Origin: an uncultured Bacteroidales bacterium
GTDB lineage: Bacteria; Bacteroidota; Bacteroidia; Bacteroidales; UBA932
Assembly (NCBI GenBank): GCA_905233345.1
Contig: CAJODQ010000006.1
Coordinates: 1-64,000, forward strand
Length of the DNA: 64,000 nucleotides
Direction: 5' to 3'
Position 1 is the first letter of the stretch, and each line of letters begins with the position of its first letter. Positions 56,437-64,000 of this stretch are shown here, one piece after another. The notes beneath the pieces were generated by a model. That model worked only from the letters and a program-made list of their open reading frames with translations. It did no database searches and was not told where the DNA came from. A program made the translations under genes and the position numbers.

Positions 56437-57687
56437 TTATCTCTTCGATGTTACGTTACGTTCGTATTTCTCGATTTCGGGGATAAAGGCCTCACCCACA
56501 GGGACATTGTTCTTGAGGTTGAAATAGTCGAAGACGGCGCCGAAGGGAAGGGTCTTGGCTTCTTCTAAGAGAGCGAGGCGCTGGAAGCCCTGGCCGGCGT
56601 CTTCGTATTCCCGCAGCTTTTTCAGCGGCTCGAGGAGGGCGCTCAGCAGACATTTCTGCGTGGCGCGGGAGCCGATCACGTAGGCGCCGATGCGGTTGAT
56701 GGCAGCATCGAAATAGTCGAGGCCGATGTGGCTGCGTTGCAGCGCGTCGGCGCGCACAATCTCCTTGAAGAGGTCGAGCGTCTGATCGTTCATGATGGTC
56801 ACATGGTCGGAATCCCAGCGGATGGGACGGCTCACGTGCAGCATCAGCTCGGGCACGAAGAGCAGCAGCGACGCAACCATGTCGGACACATTTTCCGTCA
56901 TCTCATAGTGTCCCGTATCGAGCGTGTACATCAACTTGCGGGTGGCGCAGTAGCCTGCCACGAAGTCGTGCGAGCCCACGGTATAGCTTTCCAGGCCGAT
57001 GCCGAAGAGTTTGGCCTCGAGGCAGGTCTTCATGCCGGGCAGGTCTTCCTTCAGGATTTCGTCCAAGCTCTGGGCGAAGATCTCGCGGTAACGCTTACGC
57101 TCCACAGTCTGGTCCTTGGAACCGTCATGCACCCAGATATTCATGATGCAGGGGTCGCCCTGCGCCTTGCCCATCGCGTCGGCAATGCGGCGGCAGCGCT
57201 TGGTGTGCTCGATCCAGAAGTCCCGGATGCCTTTGTCAGGGTTGGCCAGCGAAAGGTCGCCGCTCTTGGGGTGACCGAACGACGTGGAGTTGAAGTCGAG
57301 CTTCATGTCGTTTTCTTTCGCCCACTGGATCCAGCTCTCGAAATAGCGGACGTCCACCTGGTCGCGGTCTACGAACTTGCCGCCGAAGTCACCGTAGATT
57401 TCGTGGAGGTTGAGGCGGTGGCGGCCGGCGATCAGGCTCTTGGCAAAACGCACGTCAGCGCGCACTTCGTCGATATTGCGGGCGCGGCCCGGATAATTGC
57501 CGGTGGTCTGGATGCCGCCCGACAGGCCGTCTGCACTCTCAAAACCGATGACATCATCGGTCTGCCAGCAGTGCAGGGAAATGGGGGTTTGTTCCAGGAT
57601 TTCGACGGCTTTGTCGGTGTCTACGCCCAGTGCGGCGTAGCGTTCGCGGGCGTATTCATAAGCTTTCAGGATTTCGGAATCTTTCAT
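56437..57687 (-). CDS. rhaA: L-rhamnose isomerase
   Basis: Start at the internal ATG (MKDSEILKAYEYARERYAALGVDTDKAVE...), 416 aa. RhaA TIM-barrel family (...WVHDGSKDQTVERKRYREIF...). Confidence 0.9.
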   Translation of the reverse strand: MKDSEILKAYEYARERYAALGVDTDKAVEILEQTPISLHCWQTDDVIGFESADGLSGGIQTTGNYPGRARNIDEVRADVRFAKSLIAGRHRLNLHEIYGDFGGKFVDRDQVDVRYFESWIQWAKENDMKLDFNSTSFGHPKSGDLSLANPDKGIRDFWIEHTKRCRRIADAMGKAQGDPCIMNIWVHDGSKDQTVERKRYREIFAQSLDEILKEDLPGMKTCLEAKLFGIGLESYTVGSHDFVAGYCATRKLMYTLDTGHYEMTENVSDMVASLLLFVPELMLHVSRPIRWDSDHVTIMNDQTLDLFKEIVRADALQRSHIGLDYFDAAINRIGAYVIGSRATQKCLLSALLEPLKKLREYEDAGQGFQRLALLEEAKTLPFGAVFDYFNLKNNVPVGEAFIPEIEKYERNVTSKR

Positions 57688-57712
57688 ATGTTGTATATGC
57701 GTATTGTTATCT

Positions 57713-57790
57713 AAGTGCTGCAGATGTCCCATTTTTGGGGACATCAACTTCAAAAATGCCTGTATTCGCTGTTGATGTCCCACTTTTTGG
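57713..57790 (-). promoter_or_regulatory. two copies of a ~26-nt palindromic element (GATGTCCCAnTTTTTGGGGACATCAAC) in the rhaB-rhaA intergenic region
   Basis: Copy 1 at 57713-57738, copy 2 at 57761-57790. Each forms an 8-11-bp perfect stem with a U-rich loop. Confidence 0.6.
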
Positions 57791-57794
57791 GACA

Positions 57795-59282
<1,488 letters not shown>

Positions 59283-59283
59283 C

Positions 59284-61428
59284 TTATTTATACTTATACG
59301 CGACCCGCTGGAGGCTCTCGTCTGCCGAACAGCCACCGTAAAGCAGTTCCCATTCGCCCTTTATCGGGACCATGTCGCCGGCTTCGGGCGACCAGGAAAG
59401 GAAGGTCTCCGCCGTGAGGGGAAACTTGACCGTCACCGTCTCGCCGGCCGGGACGAAGACGCGCTGGAAGCTGCGAAGCGACTTGACCGGCCCTTCCGTA
59501 TCGGCCATGCGGCGGATATACAACTGGGCCACCTCGACTGCGTCACGGGAACCGGTATTCGTAATCGGAATTTCGAGCACGCCTCTCCGGACTTTGGCCA
59601 GACCATAGCTAAAAGTCGTATAGCTTAAACCGAACCCGAAGGGGAACACCGGCTCGTCATCCACCATGTAACGGTAGGTGCGGCCTTTCATGGAATAGTC
59701 TTCGAAATCCGGAATCTGCGCGGTGTCCCGGTAGAAGGTAACAGGCAACTTGCCGGACGGAACCACCTCGCCGAAAAGAATCTCGGCCAGCGCCGTGCCG
59801 CCTTCCTCACCCGGATACCAAGCCTGAACGATGGCTTCGCAACTCTCTTTCTCGGGCGCCAGTCCCATGGCAGAGCCGGAGAAATTGACCAGCACCACTT
59901 TCTTGCCGGCGTCATGCAGGCATTGGAGCAACTGCCGCTGCACGGCAGGAAGCTGGATGTCGGTACGGTCGCCACCCCGGAAGCCGGGCAGGTCGACCGG
60001 CATCTCTTCGCCTTCCACCCGCGGCGAAATGCCGCCGGCGAAGACCACGATGTCAATATCTTTCAGCTGTTTCAGCACGTCGGCAATCTCTTGGGCCGAC
60101 AAGGACTCTTTGCGTACGAGCTCGCAGCCCGGGAAGCACACCAGGTCGGGGATCCATTCGCGCATGGCCCCGGCCAGCGTCACGGTCTTTTCGGGAATCG
60201 GGTTATAGTTGCCCCAGAGCATCTCCGCGTCGTCGGCATTGGGTCCGATCAAGGCGATGCGGGCCTTCGGATCGAGCGGCAGCAGCCCGTCGCGATCCTG
60301 CAGCAGGACGATGGATTCACGGGCGATCTGGCGCGCGAGGGCCAGGTGCTCCGGTCCCTCAATGATGTCTTCGGACAGCGCCTCCCAGGGTTGATCGTTC
60401 CCGTCAAGTTCGCCCAGCCGGATCCGGGCGGCGAGCAGGCGGGTCAGCAGCGGATCCAGCTCCGCTTCGTCAAGCACGCCGGCATGTACAGCATCGGCGA
60501 TGTGCCGGTATGATTCCCCGCAGTTGAGGTCCGTACCGGCGCGGACGGCTTCCGCCACGGCGTGTTCCACGTCCGGGCTGTAGCCATGCCTCCCCGGCAT
60601 GAAGAAGTCGTGGATGGCCCAGCAGTCGGAAGTCACCAGGCCCTTGTAGCCCCATTCGCCGCGAAGCACCGTATCGATCAGGAAGAGGCTGGCCGCACAG
60701 GGCTTGCCGCGGAAACGGTTGTACGCCACCATCACTTCCTGTACGTTCGCCTTTGTCACCAGGTCTTTGAAGGCCGGGAGATAGGTCTCGCGCAGATCGC
60801 GGTCGCTCACGTTCGCATCGAAGCTGTGCCGGTTCCATTCGGGGCCGGAATGGACGGCGAAATGCTTGGCGCAGGCATGGGCTTTGAGCACCTCCGCCTC
60901 GGAGGGACCCTGGAGTCCCCGCACCACGGCCATGCCCAGTTGTCCGGTCAAATACGGATCTTCGCCATAGGTTTCCATGCCGCGTCCCCAGCGCGGGTCG
61001 CGGAAGATATTGATATTCGGCGTCCAGAAAGTAATTCCTTCATACCAGTCAGAATGTCCGTCCGCCATCCCGATCCGGTGCTTGACGCGAGCCTCGTCGC
61101 TGACAGCGGTAAAGACCGCTTCGATCAGCGGCGCGTCGAACGAGGCCGCCATGCCGATGGGCTGGGGAAAAGTCGTGGCCTTGCCGTTGCGGGCGACGCC
61201 ATGCAGCGCCTCATTCCACCAGTTGTACGGCAGGATGCCCAGCGATTCCACGCCACCGGCATCGTGTCGCATCAGCGCCTCTTTTTCTTCCAGCGTCATG
61301 TGGGAAATCAGCATCCGGGCCCGCTCTTCGGGCGTGGGGCCAGCGGGGGTGTCGGAAGCTTTGGGTGTCGGATTGTGGGTACAGGCTGCCACCAGGACGG
61401 CGAGCAGCAATAGACGCAAAGGTTTCAT
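59284..61428 (-). CDS. glycoside hydrolase family 3 (beta-glucosidase/beta-xylosidase-like) lipoprotein
   Basis: 714 aa. Lipobox AACTHN. GH3 N-terminal domain (...FWTPNINIFRDPRWGRGMETYGEDP...) and catalytic region (...VTSDCWAI...). Confidence 0.9.
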   Translation of the reverse strand: MKPLRLLLLAVLVAACTHNPTPKASDTPAGPTPEERARMLISHMTLEEKEALMRHDAGGVESLGILPYNWWNEALHGVARNGKATTFPQPIGMAASFDAPLIEAVFTAVSDEARVKHRIGMADGHSDWYEGITFWTPNINIFRDPRWGRGMETYGEDPYLTGQLGMAVVRGLQGPSEAEVLKAHACAKHFAVHSGPEWNRHSFDANVSDRDLRETYLPAFKDLVTKANVQEVMVAYNRFRGKPCAASLFLIDTVLRGEWGYKGLVTSDCWAIHDFFMPGRHGYSPDVEHAVAEAVRAGTDLNCGESYRHIADAVHAGVLDEAELDPLLTRLLAARIRLGELDGNDQPWEALSEDIIEGPEHLALARQIARESIVLLQDRDGLLPLDPKARIALIGPNADDAEMLWGNYNPIPEKTVTLAGAMREWIPDLVCFPGCELVRKESLSAQEIADVLKQLKDIDIVVFAGGISPRVEGEEMPVDLPGFRGGDRTDIQLPAVQRQLLQCLHDAGKKVVLVNFSGSAMGLAPEKESCEAIVQAWYPGEEGGTALAEILFGEVVPSGKLPVTFYRDTAQIPDFEDYSMKGRTYRYMVDDEPVFPFGFGLSYTTFSYGLAKVRRGVLEIPITNTGSRDAVEVAQLYIRRMADTEGPVKSLRSFQRVFVPAGETVTVKFPLTAETFLSWSPEAGDMVPIKGEWELLYGGCSADESLQRVAYKYK

Positions 61429-61483
61429 ATCGCAGGTTGCTGGTCGGACCTACGAAGATACAAAAAAAGTGAACGTCTTGTAC

Positions 61484-62221
<738 letters not shown>

Positions 62222-64000
62222 GACCGGAGGTCAGGGAGCTCAGGGTCGTCGAATACTTGTAGAGTTCTGCGAGGGGAACGCGGGCGCGAAGGATCTGGAA
62301 GCCCTTCTCGGAGTTCATACCCTCGATCATGCCGCGGCGGTTCTGGATGTCGCTCATCACATCACCCATGCAGTCGGCCGGGACCATGACTTCCACCATG
62401 TAGATCGGCTCGAGGATCTTCGGGGCTGCATTCTTGAAGGCCTCACGGAAGGCGTTGCGGCCGGCGATGATGAACGCGATTTCCTTGGAGTCCACCGGGT
62501 GCATCTTACCGTCGTACACGAAGACGCGGATGTCGCGGGCGTAGGATCCCGTGAGCGGGCCTTCCTCCAGACGCTGCTGGATACCTTTCTTGATGGCGGG
62601 CATGAAGCTGGCGTCGATGGCGCCACCGACCACGCAGTTGATGAATTCCCATTTACCACCCCAAGGCAGTTCGAATTCCTCACGGCCCTTGATGTTGAGC
62701 TGGGTCTCTTTGCCGTCGATCTTGAATTTGGCGGTGGTGTCGACACCTTCCACGATCGGCTCGACCACGAGGTGCACCTCACCGAACTGGCCGGCGCCGC
62801 CGGACTGTTTCTTGTGACGGTACATGGCGTTGGCCACCTTCGTGATGGTCTCGCGGTACGGGATCTTCGGGGCGAAGAACTCGACGTCGATCTTATAGTT
62901 GTTGTTGAGGTTCCACTTGAGGATGTTGATCTGCTGCTCGCCCATGCCGTTGATGATGGTCTGCTTCAGCTCGCGGGAGTACTCAACGCGGAGGGTCGGG
63001 TCTTCAGCGCCGGCGCGGTTGAGGGCCTCGCCCAGTTTCTCCTCGTCTTTCTCGTCAACAGCCTTGATGGCGCAACGGTACTTGAACGGCGGGAACGTGA
63101 TCGGATCGACGACTTTGTCGTAACCCGGGGCGTTGAGGGTCTGGTTGGTCTTGACGGCTTTCAGCTTCACGGTGCAACCCATGTCGCCGGCGACCAGCTC
63201 GGTCACTTTCTCTTTCTTCTTGCCGGCCACGGCGTAGAGCGTGGTGATGCGCTCCTTGGTCTCGCTGCCCATGTTGATCACATCCTGGCCTTCCGTAATC
63301 TTGCCCGACATCACCTTGAAGTAGGTGACATCGCCCAGGTGCTGCTCCAGCGCGGTCTTGTAGACGAACAGCGAGGTCTGGCCCTTGGCGTCCAGTGCCG
63401 GAGCCGGGCAGAACTCGGTGACGAACTCCATGAGGCGGCGGACACCCATGTCTTTCTTCGAGCAGATGCAGAACACGGGATAGGTCTCACCCTTGTCGAA
63501 ACCGACGCGGAGGCCCTGGTGCATCTCTTCCTCGGAGAGTTCACCCTCGTCGAAGTATTTCATCATCAGTTCCTCGTCGCCCTCAGCGGCTTTCTCCATC
63601 AGTTCGGCACGCATGTCCTCGGCTTTGCCCTTGAGGTCGGCCGGAATCTCACACTCCTCACAGTTGCCGTTGTCATCCTTGAACTTGTACATCTTCATCT
63701 TCAGCACGTCGACGATGCTGTCGAAGTTCACGCCGGCGTTCACCGGGAACTGGATCACGACCGGCTTGCCGCCGAAGGCCTGGTGCAGGCTGTCGAGGGT
63801 GTTGTCCCAGTTGGCTTTCTCGGTGTCGAGCTGGTTGACGGCGATGATCACCGGTTTGTGGTATTCCTCGGCGTAGCGGCCGTGGATTTCGGTGCCCACC
63901 TCAACACCCTGGCCAGCGTTGACCAGCATGATGGCCGATTCGCAGACATTGAGGCCCAGGACGACGCCTTCCACGAAGTCGTCGGCGCCCGGTGCGTCGA

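Overview
This 64 kb window is GC-rich (~58-60%) Bacteroidales-type chromosomal DNA and is almost entirely coding. I see no transposase, integrase, CRISPR array or rRNA.

Features in order:
- A cobalamin-riboswitch-controlled PepSY + TonB-dependent receptor operon on the minus strand. The receptor is truncated at the window start.
- tRNA-Leu(CAA).
- A shikimate-pathway operon aroB - aroD::aroA fusion - aroC, preceded by a beta-lactamase-family serine hydrolase.
- A YegP/DUF1508 gene, convergent with an NfeD - flotillin - XRE regulator operon.
- A complete GDP-D-glycero-alpha-D-manno-heptose pathway (HddA, GmhA, HddC::GmhB fusion) plus a GT4 glycosyltransferase.
- A second cobalamin riboswitch driving a corrinoid-uptake locus: a DUF4465-like lipoprotein, an Ig-domain lipoprotein, BtuB, BtuG, BtuF, BtuC and BtuD.
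- secG, an LptE-like lipoprotein, a sigma54 activator and a divergent large lipoprotein.
- nrdDG.
- A MacAB-TolC-like efflux operon followed by a PspC-PadR-PspC triad.
- lepA.
- An ECF sigma / anti-sigma / LTXXQ periplasmic module.
- A split transketolase.
- An alpha/beta-hydrolase gene interrupted by an in-frame TGA.
- A four-gene envelope module, described below.
- An L-rhamnose catabolic operon (GH3 - rhaB - rhaA - rhaT - rhaD).
- An ABC ATPase.
- A partial EF-G paralog at the window end.

The best candidate for an undescribed system is the module at 48089-54547. It encodes a repeat protein, a ~1000-aa outer-membrane HExxH / beta-propeller / beta-barrel protein, a PrsW-like intramembrane protease and a polytopic membrane AraC-type regulator. 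I read it as a possible regulated-proteolysis signalling cascade.

Other notable points are two near-identical B12 riboswitches (one on a non-canonical PepSY/TBDR operon), the aroD-aroA and hddC-gmhB gene fusions, and palindromic repeats inside the rha operon.

Coordinates follow the supplied ORF track. Many starts were re-placed at internal ATG codons because the track reports the longest ORF, including TTG/GTG starts.
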